Source: Azolla caroliniana
Lineage: Eukaryota > Plantae > Polypodiophyta
Length of the DNA: 64,000 nucleotides
NCBI GenBank assembly: GCA_043228905.1
Contig: JBHGNT010000021.1
Location: 12,400,001-12,464,000, forward strand
Reading direction: 5' to 3'
The translations under genes and the position numbers were made by a program. The notes under the pieces were generated by a model that worked only from the letters and a program-made list of their open reading frames with translations, searched no databases and was not told where the DNA came from. Below, piece after piece: positions 24,501 through 38,400 of this stretch. How positions within the stretch are numbered: position 1 is the first letter of the stretch; every line of letters begins with the position of its first letter.

Positions 24501-27282
24501 GACCGAGTGGCACCCATCCTGGCTCTTGACCCTCGCATAAGCCGAGCCGTTGTCCAGCACCTTGGTCTCCATTCGTGCTGCCGTGATGTACGGTTCTCCG
24601 ACTATAACCGGATGTGAGGACGTCTCCTGCACGAAGAAGTGTTGGTCAATCTCGACATCGTCGATCTTTACTCGTACGTTCGGGCAGGCTCCATGCAGTT
24701 CCTCGGTGGCATGCGTTGCCGCCCGTATTTTCCACCCGTGCTTGGTGTTGATCGGCCATTTCCCCTTCTTATAGAAGTCCATGGACATCAAATTGATTTC
24801 TGAACCGTGGTCTACCAATGCTACCACCAGTTCATGAACATCTCCGATCTTCACGGGGGTCTCCGTAGTCGCTCTGGCCCAGTGCGGCCTCGAATAGTGG
24901 CTCTCCGCCAACTCATCTTCTAGCGCCATGTCCTCTATGTGCGTCGTCCGCACCTCCACCGGTTTCTCCGATTCTATCTCCGTCGACAGCCTCTTTCTCT
25001 TCACCAAGTCTACGATGGAGTTGTGGAACTCCTTCTTGGCGATCCCAAGCACTTCCCTCAGCGACAGTTCCACCTTGTTGTCAAGGATTCGTTCTTCCAG
25101 GACCTTTCGCAGGTCCGTGGATCTTTCGATTTCTGTGCCCAACCGGTACCGCCCTTCTTGGGATTATCCTGGGCGCCGAGTACACCGGCCTCATTCCGCC
25201 TTTGCCTGAATCGAGTTTCATATCGCTGCGAGGGCCCGGCCCCTCCGGTTTTCCCTACCCGCTTGTCCTCTACCAAAGCCTCGTAGTTTTGACAAACGGC
25301 TTCGACGAAGCCCGTCTTTTCTTCCACCGGGTCACTCCACCCGGTTACCTCCCGGACCCGTTTTTCCGCACGGTCCACCTCTTCTTTCCTCAGCCGTGCG
25401 CCGTCGAGGCCTTCCAGCATCGTCGGCCAGAACCCGGCTTTGTTCGTCTTCGGGGCCTCGCCACCTCCGACCCGAATACCAGCTGACGCCGAGTAGTGGA
25501 CGGTCTTCGCGTGACGAGCCGCTGCCTCCTCCATCAGCCTTTTAATACCCCCTCGCCCGACGTTCAGGTTCAGGGCCCTTCGGGTCTCGCTGGCGTGCAC
25601 CCGACCGTTCCACAGGTACACCACGTTGCTTCTCATCGCCTCGGCGAAGTCCCCGGAGTCCTTCCGGATGTGCCCAACCGCGTCACACCACATGCACCTG
25701 TTTTCAACCAGAGGTCGTCGGTCACGGGCCTGTTCGCCACCATCCCTCCGTGCCTGGGCGATCTGGAGATCCTTTACCATCCGCGTCAGCTCCTCCAGAG
25801 CTGCTCCCCCGGACGAGCCCTTGACCATGCTGGTTGAAGCCAACCCGGTCTCGAGCCAATCTCGGGTCTCTTCCCTTCGCGTTGGTGGTGTTGGCTCGAG
25901 CTTCCTTGCTGCGACAGAGCCTGCCCCTATCGATCCTTTGTCAACCCATTCCCGCCATTTGTCGAAACGGCCATAGACCCTTTTTACTACGGCCCAGTCG
26001 CCCGTCAGCCCGTCATCAGTCTCCAATAGGAGGCCTACCTGCTCCCGATCCCACTCGTCAACCGACTTAACAAACAATAGGACACGGCTTGTGTCCAGAA
26101 CGGTCTGGTCAAGCACCGAGAAGCGCGCAAAGCGTTCCTCAAACTCCCGAAGGAGCACTGACGCGTTCCTTCCTTTGTCGGGGGTCTCCACCCCCTCCAT
26201 GAAGTCCCGCTTCGAAAGTCGAAGCGCATCTTCAAGCTCGTATCTTTCGAGGAGCCGACCTTCGAACTCCTCCCAGGTCCGGCTCTCGGCCCGTACCTCG
26301 AGCACCTCCGTATGGATACCCGGCATCGCCACTCGAGGGAATCCGGCTAGACGCCTCTCTTCCGGAATGTCCCTCATTACCATCTCAGCCCAGTAGGACC
26401 CCAAGTAGCTCGTGGCATCCTTTCCACTAAACCAACCGATCGTACCGACAACCGCCTCGATAGCCCTATCAAGGGCGCCAGTGCCTTCGCGCACACTCAC
26501 TATACGGTCTACAGCCGAAGCCATGGCTTCTGCAAGGTCCGAACCCCTCATCTTCTACTCCTCTGCTGCCTTTCACGTCGGGTTCACCAAATATGTCGCG
26601 TTGCTACTTGCGTGCGTGGAGAAGGGCGGGACCACGGGGTTCTTGGACTAAGGAGTAGAGGAGAAGGAGGAGAGCGGAAAGGCAACAGACCCTCTTACAC
26701 ACGCACTGACACAGGAGCGCATAGGAATCACAGTCCAACAACACAGCAAAACGAGACGACCAGAAGTCCGAGTATATGAACACGTATGTATATTAATATA
26801 AGTATAAATATCGAGACGGTTACAACTAACAGGACGGCAAGGCGAACACCGAAGCCTGTTCACTCACACAAACAGAAGAGCGAGATGGAGATTCTGCCAG
26901 AAGCACACGGGCGTTCCATGGGACAGAATCAGCCTCCCGAGAGCCTGCGCAAAAGAAGGCTATGGAGAACGATAGAGAAGAAGAGCTCGATCCCAGTCCG
27001 ACAGCACTTCGTTCCCTCTAGCGCGTGATACCCTTCTCTCCCCGTCTCCCTCTCTTTTATAGCTCAAGGAGGGAGGTCGTCTCACCTGTTTACATCACAT
27101 TAACTCTTTGTCCTTTCGGACAGAGATACTCCTCGATTTCCCTTACAGAATATTGCTACCTAGGATCTAACTTTTGTGCCTACCCATCCACCGTACAACA
27201 AGGGACGTGCCCACGTGAAAGGGCCGGTTCACACACACTATACACGGTTTGTGCCTGGGGACGGTTTTCTTCACGACACCGG

Positions 27283-29439
27283 TTTTCAATGGATGAACCG
27301 GAGTTGATCATCTTATTCTCCAACTCCTAGTCGGCAACCTGTCTTCCATGAAGACTATGTCTCGACTCCAGAACACCTTCTTGTCGACCAGATCCCACAC
27401 TCGGTAACCAAACTCATCATTGTCGTATCCAAGGAATATGCATGGCCTAGACTTCGGATCCATCTTTGCTCTCTTGTCCTTTGCAACATGCACATATGCG
27501 AGACACCCGAATACCTTCAAATGCCGGTAAGATACATCTTTACCGGTCCATACTTTCTGAGGTGAGTCTCCTTCCAAGGGTGTTGAGGGTGATCTATTTA
27601 TCACATAGGTCGTCGTCGTCAGCGCCTAAGCCTAAAACGTCTTGGGTAACTTTGCATGTGATAGCATGCTCCAGAATCTCTCCATTATGGTCTGGTTCAT
27701 CCCTTCGGCCAGCCCGTTTAGTTCCGGCATCTTCGGCATAGTAAACTCGAGTCGAATTCCCTTCGACCGACAGTACTCCTCAAACTGCCCCCGGTATTCT
27801 ACTCGAACCTCCTTCAACTTCCGGCCGGTTTCTCTTTCCACTCTCGCGTGGAGCTTCTTGAAGACGGATAGCACCTTATCCTTCGTCTTCAATGATGAGA
27901 CCCACAGCTTCCGGTTGTGGTCATCTATGAACGTCACGAAGTATTGTGATTCGGCATGTGACTTCGTGTCCACTTGACACACATCGGTATGCACCAGCTC
28001 TAGTGGTGTATTCCGTCTCATCGGTGGTCTTGACCAGAAGGAGGTTTGGTTTTGCTTGCCGGCCAAGCAATCGGTGCACTTCTCAAGTTGCACGTCCTTT
28101 ACTAGAATGAGGTTGTTTTCGGCAAGCCTCTTCATCCCCTTCTCACTCATCTGACACAGTCTTTTGTGCCACAGCTCACCGGTAGTGTCGGATGCTACGT
28201 TCACTTCTTCCCGTCATATCCGAGCATTCATCAAGTACAGTGTGTTGATCTTCTTGGCACGAGCCACTATCAAGCTTCCCTTGCTGAACTTCATAACACC
28301 GTTCCGGATGCTACCCGTGTAGCCTTCATAATCTAGCCGACCGGCTGATATCAAGTTCAGTCGAACCTCCGGAACGTGTCAAACATCCTTCAGCAGCAAT
28401 TTGCATCCAGTTGATGTTGTCAACAACACATCTCCTAGGCCGATAATTCGGCATGTACCTTCATTCCCCATCCGGACACAACCATGATCACCGGTTGTTT
28501 AGGATGAGAAGCATTTCCAATCCGGTGCTAGGTGGAACGATGCTCCGGAATCGACAACCCACATTGTCTCGTCGCCGACAAGGTTTAACTCATTCTCTTC
28601 GGTAATGAGCATCAGTTCTTCTTCACTTGTCGTGATTGCCGACGTTCCCTTCCGATCCGGGCCTCTGTAGTCCGAACCGTTTCAGTCCGAACTCTTCTTC
28701 AAATCGGTAGTGTCAGTTTCTTTCTCCTTCCAAAAATGTCGACAGTTCTTCAGGAAGTGTCCCGGCTTCCCGCAATAGAAGCACGTGGGCCTCCCCCTTG
28801 ACTTCGACCTCTTCCCCGGTTGTGGTCATCTTCTGTGACCAAGGCCTTCGGATCAGTTCCGGACTCCCAGTCCTTCCGGTGAGCTTCTTCATCTAGCAAG
28901 CTTGATTTTACCCTTGCTAGGGACAATTGTTTTCCTTCCAGCCCAACGTTGCCCAACGTGACAACTAACGTCTCCTAGTTATCCAAGAGGGAACCGAGCA
29001 GGAGCAATGAGAGTACCTCATCGGTGAGAGGTAATTCCAATGAGGTTGCCTGGTGGATCAATCCTTGGAAGGAATTCATGTGCTCCGCCATACTGGAGTC
29101 ATGCTGGTACCGAAGCCTCACTAGCTTCTGGAATACCAAAACCCGATTAATAGCATTCTTGTTGTGGAACATGATGTCGATCTTCTCCTAGAGTTCATGA
29201 GCCTTGCTCTCTTCATTGAAGTTTTTGTCCAAGCTCATGTCCATGAAGCACCGGATGTATGTCGTCGTCTTCATGTGCATCACCTCCCACACTTTGACGT
29301 CGATCTTATCCGGTCTCTTGTCCCCGAATTGGACCGGCAACCAAAGATCTTTAACCACCAGCATGTCCCCCATCTTCGACTTCCACATTGAGTAGTTGGA
29401 GTCGGTGAGCTTGAACATGACGTCAAACGATTCTTCCAT
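27283..29439 (-). pseudogene. Copia-2 gag-PR-integrase part
   Basis: ATG 29439 MEESFDVMFKLTDSNYSMWK; LWHKRL, LVHTDVC, ELNGLAE, CIFLGY motifs; stops and deletions. Confidence 0.9.
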
Positions 29440-31322
29440 TTCTTGTGTTGTTCGCTCTGATACCAATTTGTGAAGAATAGCACGGAATATCACTCGGCCA
29501 CAACCGAGTATTGAATCACAGAAATGGGGATGAACGAGAGAGTACACAGAAACGACACAGGATGTTTACGTGGAAAACCCTAATAGGGAAAAACCACGGG
29601 AGCCCACGGACTCCAATTATCACTATATGAGAGGAAATAGAAAGTGGAGGCACAGAGGCAACGACCTTGTCCTCGCGATCTTCGCCAGACGACAGTTACA
29701 ACAAAGAGTGCTCGTAGCTACTCTCTCGCTCTCTCTCTGTCGCTCTCTGTACAATAGTTATAGACATACAACAATATGTCAATCACAAAAATAACAACTC
29801 TACCTAAAGTGATTGCCCTAAGTCATATTTATACTTATATAAACTTGGGGCTATTTACAAATATAGCCTCAATAGGCTTGCTCAAGACATATTTACGAAT
29901 ATGTCTCTCTTCCGGTTCTCACCGGGTCCTCTTCATTCATCACCGGATCCCATCCAGAGAGACCAATTTCCCAACATAAATAAATAAAATAAAGGTTCAT
30001 AAAACTCCCTTTTTTTTTATTTGACACTATAAAGGAGACTTAATACTAATCATATTTTTCTAATTTATTATTCATGAATGAATGATTTGTTGAGCGGCAA
30101 GCTCAACCGGAGCCGGATCGGCTGAATAAGCCTGAGCCGGTAAGCGAGATGAATTGGTATGCTGGTGAGCAACCGAGCCACTAAGCAGTAAGGACCGGTG
30201 AGCTGGGGAGCCAGTATGCCGGATCCAATCCGTAACCGGAGGCCTAGTATAGGTTAGACTACTAGGCAGTTATATGTTAGACTACTAGGCAGTTAGTGTC
30301 AGATGCTCGTGTGAGCATTGAAGTACACCGTACTTCTAACAGTCCCATGTGGACTTGTATAAATAGCGCTGATGAGCATGTTGTAGATACAGAGCACAGA
30401 GTATATATATAATTTTGGAAAATAGTGTGTTTCACTCTCTCTCTCTCTCCCGCGTACTCTCTCTCTCTCTCTCGCGTACTCTCTCTCTCTCTCTTTCTGT
30501 ATTGTTCTTTCTAACGCTTCCGCAAGCAATCTTTTACATGGTATCAGAGCGCGTGGGTTGAGAACCTCTGTTGTAGACATCTATGCTTGTGAAGGAAACC
30601 CTAACAAATCGGAAAGTAGACACAAAAGGAGAAATTGTTGGGATTTCGGTCCCTCCGGATGGGATGTCCGGAGATGAATGACGGCAAGCCCGGTTGCGGT
30701 TACGGAACCAGATGATGAAGAGTACCCGACATGAAGCCGGATGAAGAGTACCCGGATACGGATCCGGATGATGAAGACCCCGGCTACGGAGCCGGATGCT
30801 GAAGACCCCAGCTACGGAGCCGGATGACGAATGTACCCGGAGAGAGATCTGGATGCGGGGACATATTTGTGAATATGTTTGCCAAGAGCCCTTGAGGCTA
30901 TATTTGTAAATAGCCCGAAAGTCATATGTGTATAAATATGACTTAGGGCAAACAATTTGTAGTTGCTGCTCATTTTTCTGTTTTCCACGAAGAGGGAGCG
31001 AAGTGAGAGCAGCCGAGAGAGAGAGAGACGAAGAGGTCGTTGCCTCTGTGTATTGCCGCCGCCTGTGGTGAAGATAGTGAGCTCAAGGTTGTTGCCTTGT
31101 AGCTTCACCATTGTACATCTCTGTTTTAGTGATAGTTGGAGTTTGAGGACTCCCGTGGTTTTTCCCATTTAGGGTTTTCCACGTAAAACATCCAGTGTAC
31201 TCTTCTCTCTACTGTCCTCGTGCACTTTGTATTTCCCGTTTTCTGTGAGTTGATCCTATTCCTCGGTTGTGGCCGAGCGCTATCTTCAACAAAGTGGTAT
31301 CAGAGCGACGGTAACACAGAAA

Positions 31323-34300
31323 ATGGAAGGTGGCGGTAGTGGGCCTCCGGGCATGATGGTGTTGAACTCACAGAACTACGCCGACTGGAAGATAAAGATG
31401 GAAGACCTTCTCATCGTCCGAGACCTGTACGAACCGATCGACAATGCCGAGATACCCAAGGGGGTAATAGAGTCGGAGTGGAAGCTCCTGAACCGGAAAG
31501 CCGTAGCGACGATCCGACAATATGTCGATGTAAGTGTTCTGCAACATGTCGCGAACGATACGAACGCCTATGAGATGTGGCGGAAGCTGTCGGGCCTCTA
31601 CGAGAGGAAGAATGCGTTGAACCGGACCTCCCTGATGAGGAAGATAGTGAACCTCAAGTACCGGGACGGCGAGAGTATGGTGGAACACGTAAGCACGTTC
31701 ATGGGATTCGTGAACCAGCTTGCGGCGATCAAGTTCCCGTTGGAGGATGCAATGCAAGCCATCATCCTGATGTGTACATTGCCGGAAAGCTGGGAGAACT
31801 TGGTGGTGACTCTCAGCACCTCCTGCACCGAAGAAAACTTGTCCCTACAAACGGTAAAGACAAGTATTTTGAACGAAGAAGCGCGTCGGAGAGATAAAGA
31901 ACCGGCCTCCGATCCGAAGATGCTGCTTACCGAATCGGATCGGGGAAGACAACGGAACCGGAGTCCGCAAAGACGGGAGAAGTCGGGGACCCGGTCGTAG
32001 TCAAGAGGAAGGCCCACATGCTTCCACTGTGGGAAGCCGGGGCACTTCCGGAAGAATTGTCGGCATTACCGAAAAGACAACGGAGCCGACGACACCGATT
32101 CGAAGAAGTCACCGGAGCGGAACGGCGCATACCGGGGAGCCACGGACCGGAGAGGTCCGGATCGGCGAGGGCAGGACCGGAAAGGAACGACGGCACTCGC
32201 GGCAAGTGAAGAAGAGATAATGCTCATTACCGAAGAGAGGGAGCTGAACCTTGCCGGTGAAGAGATGACCTGGGTGGTCGATTCCGGAGCGTCGTTCCAC
32301 CTGACCCCGGAGAAGAAATACTTCTCATCCTACACAGCCGGTGAGCACGGCTGTGTCCGGATGGGAAATGAAGGTACATGCCGGATTGCCGGCATAGGAG
32401 ACGTGTGGCTGATGACATCAACCGGATGCAAGATGCTGCTGAAGGATGTCCGACACGTTCCGGAGGTTCGATTGAACCTGATTTCGGCCGGGAGGCTAGA
32501 CGATGAAGGCTACACGGGTAGCATCCGGAACGGTGTCATGAAGTTCAGCAAAGGGAGCCTGATAGTGGCTCGGGCCCGGAAGGTCAACACACTGTACCTG
32601 ATGAATTCCCGGCTATGTCCTGAGGAGCTGAACGTGGCAGCTGACACTGCCGGTGAGCTATGGCACAAGAGACTGTGCCACATGAGCGAGAAGGGGATGA
32701 AGAGGCTTGCCGAAGACAACCTGATACCGGTAAAGCATTTACACTTGGGGAAGTGTACCGACTGTCTGGCCGGTAAGCAAAACCGGACCTCCTTCCACTC
32801 AAGGCCACCGACGAGACGTAGCGCACCATTGGAGTTGGTGCACACTGACGTGTGTCAAGTAGAAACGAAGTCACATGGCGGAGCCCAGTACTTCGTGACA
32901 TTCATTGATGACCACAGCCGGAAGCTGTGGACGGCACCGTTGAAGACAAAGGACCAAGTGTTGTGCGTCTTCAAAGAACTCCACGCGAGAGTGGAAAGAG
33001 AATCCGGCAAGAAGCTGAAAGCGATACGAGCGGATAACGGAGGGGAATACCGGGGGCAGTTCGAGGAGTACTGTCGCTCGAAGGGAATCCGGCTCGAGTT
33101 TACTGTGCCGAAGACGCCGGAACTGAACGGGCTGGCCGAGAGGATGAACCGGACCATAATGGAGAGGGTCCGGAGTATGCTAGCGCATGCGAAATTACCC
33201 AAGGGGTTTTGGGCTGAGGCAATGTCGACGGCGACGTATGTGATAAATAGATCACCCTCAGTACCTTTGGACGGAGACACGCCGCAGAAAGTGTGGACCG
33301 GTAAGGAAGTGTCCTACCGGCATCTGAAGGTGTTCGGATGTCTCGCGTATGTGCATGTGGCAAAGGACCGGAGAGGAAAGCTAGATCCAAAGACCCGGCC
33401 ATGCATATTCCTCGGTTACGGCGACGACGAGTTCGGCTACCGAGTATGGGACCCGGTCGACAAGAAGATATTCAGGAGTCGTGATATCATCTTCATAGAG
33501 GACAAGACACTCGCCGACTGGGAGTCGGAGAAGAAGATGAAGAGCTTCAAGTCGACCGGTGAGAATCAACTCTACGAAGGGCAGTCCCGACCGGCAAGGG
33601 ACCGGTTAGCACTCGAGGATCCGGCCGAAGACGGTGAAGAAACAGAACCGGCCGAGGAAGATGAAACTGATACCGGAACCGGCCCCGATCCCGAAATGGA
33701 TTCGGATGAAGAGGAAACGGAGGAGCCGGTTACCGAAGCTCCGGAACGGAGATATCCTCTAAGAGAGAGAAGGCCCCCCCGGAGATTTCCGGAACCAGAG
33801 CACGTGCTGCTAACCGACGAGGGGGAGCCGGAGAGTTTTGAAGAAGCAAAGCTTGACACCCATAGCCGCAGGTGGTTAAGTGCCATGCAGGAGGAGATGG
33901 ATTCCCTGCATGAGAACCACACATATGAACTTGTGGAGTTGCCGAAAGGAAAGCGGGCGCTTCGAAACAAGTGGGTGTTCAAGCTGAAACCGGGAGATGC
34001 CGGAAACCCCCCGAGATACAAAGCCAGGATCGTGGTGAAGGGGTTCCAGCAGAAGAAGGGCGTCGACTTCGACGAGATATTTGCCCCGGTAGTCAAGATG
34101 ACCTCCATCCGGACGGTGCTAAGCATAGCGGCAAGCATGGACCTCGAGGTAGAACAGATGGACGTGAAGACGGCATTCCTTCACGGGGACCTCGAAGAAG
34201 AGATCTACATGCAGCAACCAGAAGGATTCGAGAAGAAAGGGAAGGAGCACCTGGTATGCCGGTTGAAGAAGAGCCTTTACGGACTGAAGCAGGCTCCCCG

Positions 34301-34594
34301 GCAATGGTACCGGAAGTTCGACTCTTTCATGACCGACGAAGGGTACCACAAAACGCAGTCCGATCACTGCGTGTTTGTGAAGAAGTTCGAAGGAGGAGAT
34401 TTTCTAATACTCCTCCTGTACGTGGACGACATGTTGATCGTCGGACGGGACCAGGTCAAGATACGGATGCTGAAGAAAGCGCTTCACCGAACCTTCTCAA
34501 TGAAGGACCTGGGTCCGGCGAGGCAAATACTAGGGATGCACATCATCCGGGACCGGAAGAAGAAGCAGTTGTGGCTGTCACAGGAGAAGTACGT
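31323..34594 (+). pseudogene. Copia-4 gag-PR-INT-RT (one in-frame TAG at 31998-32000; split by Gypsy-B)
   Basis: MEGGGSGPPG..; CFHCGKPGHFRKNC in frame right after the TAG; WVVDSGA, LVHTD, NGLAER, YVDDM; breaks at SQEKYV. Confidence 0.93.
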
Positions 34595-35458
34595 TGTCGA
34601 GATGTTTTGCAAGTGCGTGTGGAAACGAGGCGGGACCGCGGGGGTCTCGAACCAAAGAGCAAGCGAGGGAGGAGAAGGAGAGAGAACCGGCTACGCAGGA
34701 CCGGGAATACACAGGGACACGGCCCTTTAGCACGGAGAACGCGAACAGACACCGACACAGGCAGATGCGAATGACTAACTATGTATATTAACAAAAATGG
34801 CTAACACGACTACAACCCTCGATGGGGCACAGGTTGGTTACAGCCGAACAGGCCGGCGAACAGAAGCCGACGCTTGTTCGCTTTGACGCACAAAGGGGTA
34901 GCAGGTCGGAGATGTTGCCGGAAGCACTCGGGCGTTCCTCGAAACAGCGCGAGCCTCCTCGGAACCCTGCACAGAAAAGCTATGGAGCTCAAGAAGGAAG
35001 GAAACAGAGAGAGAAGCGTCCAGAAACGGTCCGACAGCACTTCGTCCTCTCCGCGCGAGATCCCTGCAACAGCTCTTTCCTGCTCCTTATATAGGCCGAC
35101 GAGCGGGCCGTCCTGTCAGCTTTATTCCATGTCCCTTTTGAACAGGGATCCGCTCCGTTCTTCACGCATCCGTGTAGTTACGCCGCCGACTCGTACAGTT
35201 CCTTAGCTCGCGCGCGCGACCGAAAAGACTGTTCGCGCGGTCTTTGTCTCCACTTGTGTTAGGGCCCGTTCCTGCCGATTATCCTCCTAATTCGCTTCTA
35301 TGTACAACTTGGAGCGTGCGTGCGTGAAGAACCGGTTCCCACGCCTTGGTGCGCCGATTCCGCTTATGGACGGTTTTCTTCACGACATCCGCCCCCACCT
35401 AACCGCGCATCCTCCGGTATGCGCCAAGAGAGTTGGGACGGAGAAAACCGGCCCGTCT

Positions 35459-38400
35459 TCATTCCTCGCCCGTCGGTTCTTCCTCATTTTCGGATCGTTC
35501 GTCACTGCTGACTAGGAGAGCCGGGTCCGGCTCGTCGTCGTGTCGCTTCTTGAACGCTTTGATCCGCTTCCCTGCAACCGGTATCGCCATTCTCGTGCCG
35601 TCGAGTTCCGCCAGGTGATATGTCCCGTTGTCATTGGCGCTCCGTACCACGTAAGGCCCGAACCACCTTCGTGCGAACTTCCGTGTAGCTCGGTGCTGGT
35701 TGTCGAGGCTGCTGTCATAAACGAGCACCCAGTCACCTTCTTCGATTTTCTTCGGTCGGAGCCGGTGCGTTCGGTCGAACCTGGCTTTGTTCTTTGTCCT
35801 CGCCACCCGGAGCTTCTCCGCAGCCAGTTCCACGTCCTCCGGTCTCCGCTCGAGCTGTCGTATACGCGCGCCCAACAACTCCTCCCGGGTCATCTCGTCC
35901 CTCCAGTCGACCGTTGCCCACGAGGGGATCGTCTGTTCCATCGGCATGATCGGCTTCTGGCCGAACATGAGCTCCGTCGGCATGTACCCGGTTACCGAAC
36001 TGTGCGTGGTCCGGTCTGCCCACAAAGCATAAGGTAGCAGCCGCGGCCAGTTACCGACTCGGCCTCCGCATGCCCGAACCAACGCCTTGACGATCGGCCC
36101 GTGTCCGCGCTCCACCTTTCCATTCGCCTCCGGATTGTACGCAGTGGTGAGCGAGAGCTTGACTCCCAGCCGGTCGAACAGCTCCGCGGCTTCTTCGGCG
36201 TCCAACTCCCCTCGGTCAGCCACGATCTTCCCGACGCACCCGTACCGGCATATCACGTCCTCGATTAGGAACCGACATACGGCCGCGGTCGTTTTGTTCG
36301 GAAGGGCCCGGCCTTCCACCTGGTTCGTCAGATCCTCCCGCGCTAGGACCAGGTACCGCATCTGTCCTACCCCCATTGGCATCGTCACCAGATCTACCAT
36401 CCATTTGAAGTGGATGGTCGGAGGGTACGTTGGGTGAAGCTCGTCCCGGTGTCGGACCACGGAGTGCATCTGACAGCTCTCGCAAGTTGTCACGAATCGA
36501 TGCACGTCCCGGTACAGTCCCGGCCACCAGTACTTCTCCTTTATCTTCTCGAACGTGGCCCAAGTTCCACGGTGTCCGGCCCAAGGGCTGTCATGGTAGG
36601 CCGTCAGCAGCTCCTCCTGTTCTTCCTTCATCGCCACCACCCGGAGCGGAGCGCCGTCCCTCTTCTTCGGGTGCTTCCATAGATAGCCATCCCGGAGGAA
36701 GAACCGGTACGCTTTCTTCCGGATCCGGTTGGCCTCGTCTTTCGTCCATGACGCATCCGGCGCCATTGTCCTCAAGAACCCGCCGATCTGCAGCCACTCC
36801 CCGTCGTACTTGCTCGCGTCGAAGTCGTTAAGCGCCGGAGTGCTCGTCCCGTCGGTTGTTACGTATGCTGCCTCGAAGAAGTCCACGCCGACCTCTTCGT
36901 CCTCCGAAACCATGCCGCCCTCGTCATCGAACCTCGCCCTCGAAAGCATGTCGGCCATGGCGTTGTCTTTCCCGGAAATGTGTCGTATTTCTGGGTCCAG
37001 GGACTTGATGTACGCTATCCACCTGAGCATTGCCAGGTCCGGCGTCGCGCATCCGGAAACCATGCCGAGAATCGGCATGCAATCCGTCTCTATGATTACC
37101 TCTGTCCCGATCAGATAGTCCTTGTCGGCCTTCACCGCCGAAACGATACCCCAGAGTTCGCGTTTAACCTGGGCGTATCCTCGCTGCCGCTCACTGAGGA
37201 CCTTTGCGCCGAATCGGATCGGAAACCGATTGCCGTCCTCGTCTTCTTGGTTGACGACCCACCCGATCCCGGTCGGACTCGTGTCAACCGTTATGTACAT
37301 TGGGGTGCCCTTCCTGTAGACGGCCTTTCGGAGCGCCGGTGCTGCCGAAAGAGCCGCCTTCAGCTTCCGGACCGACTCCGTGTGCTTGTCTAGCCATTGG
37401 AATCTTCGCCCTTTCTTCAATAACCCGTACAGCGGCTCAGCGACGTGCGCATAATGCGGGATCCATATGTGGTAGAAGGCGCATGCTCCCAAGAATCGTC
37501 GTACTTCCGTGACCGAACTGCAATCAGGCTTCATCGCGGAGATGGCTTCTACCTTTGCCGGAGACGGTTTCCGGCCATATGGTCCACATAAATGTCCGAC
37601 CACCATGATTTGCGACTGCCCGAAGGCTGACTTCTCCCCCGAGAAGGTGAGCCTCGCATCCTCTAGCCTTTGCAGCACCTTCTCGCAGTCGTCGATGTGC
37701 GTCATCACGAATCGCCGGCATCCGTCCGGCCCGATCGTCTCGTCCTTCTCTTCTACCGGGCATCCCTTGATCGGGATGTCGTCTAGAAACGGCATGGTGA
37801 TGTCCGGGATGCAGTCCCTCAGCACCTTGTTCATTGCATTCACCATGTGGGCCACCGAGTTGGTTCCTCCTTGCGGCAGCGTACACATCCGCACTAGACC
37901 GAGGGGAGTTCGCATCGTCGTAATGTCTCTGCTCTCCACGGCTAGCTGGAACTGGTCGTACCCTGAGTATAGATCACCGACCGAGTAAATCGACCTTCCG
38001 GCGAAGGCCTCCGCGAACTCGTCTATGGTCGGTCCGATCCCTGCGTTCCGAATGGTCACTCTGTTGACCGGCTGCAGGTCCTGAATGAAGCGCAACGATC
38101 CGTTTTTCTTTGGTACGGTAAACCATCGGTTTGAATATGGGGCGCTCGACGGCTCGAGAATGCCCATATCAACTTTCTGCTTCAACAGCTCCATCAACTT
38201 CGGGATGTGAGCTCTCGGAACCGGAATTGGCTTGAGATTCCACGGTACATGCGGTACCGTGAATATCACCATTGGCTCTACGACCGTCGGGTCTACGCAC
38301 CCGATTTCCTCCGGTGAGAACACGAAGGCTTTCCCGTGCCTTCCGAGCATTCTCCGAAACCAGTCTTCCTCCACCGGCAGCAGGAACCCGCCCCCACCGA

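Larger units (their letters stand above)
16551..26551 (-). pseudogene. Gypsy-A gag-PR and pol, disrupted and split by the 17170-21586 insertion
   Basis: gag ATG 26551 with CMWCDAVGHIRKD; PR LVDHGSEIN; RT PFLDDVPIKG; INT WMVD/VADRG/NGKVER; GPY motif; frameshifts and stops. Confidence 0.9.
15162..27278 (-). mobile_element. Ty3/Gypsy non-chromovirus 'Gypsy-A' (4-bp TSD group), degenerate
   Basis: LTRs 15162-15846 and 26594-27278 (685 bp each); TSD ccgg/ccgg; tRNA-Trp PBS 26572-26589; gag-PR then RT-RH-INT. Confidence 0.95.
12701..29976 (-). mobile_element. Ty1/Copia element 'Copia-2' (Tnt1/Tork-like), degenerate, hosts Gypsy-A
   Basis: LTRs 12701-13275 and 29469-29976 (TG..CA); perfect 5-bp TSD taaat; iMet PBS 29454-29465; PPT 13276-13290. 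Confidence 0.95.

Noticed and set aside
31998-32000. Programmed readthrough between gag and pol of Copia-4
   Set aside because: The TAG lies before the zinc knuckle, lacks the CARYYA context, and related Copia-2 has a sense codon (AAG TCA) here; most likely a point mutation.
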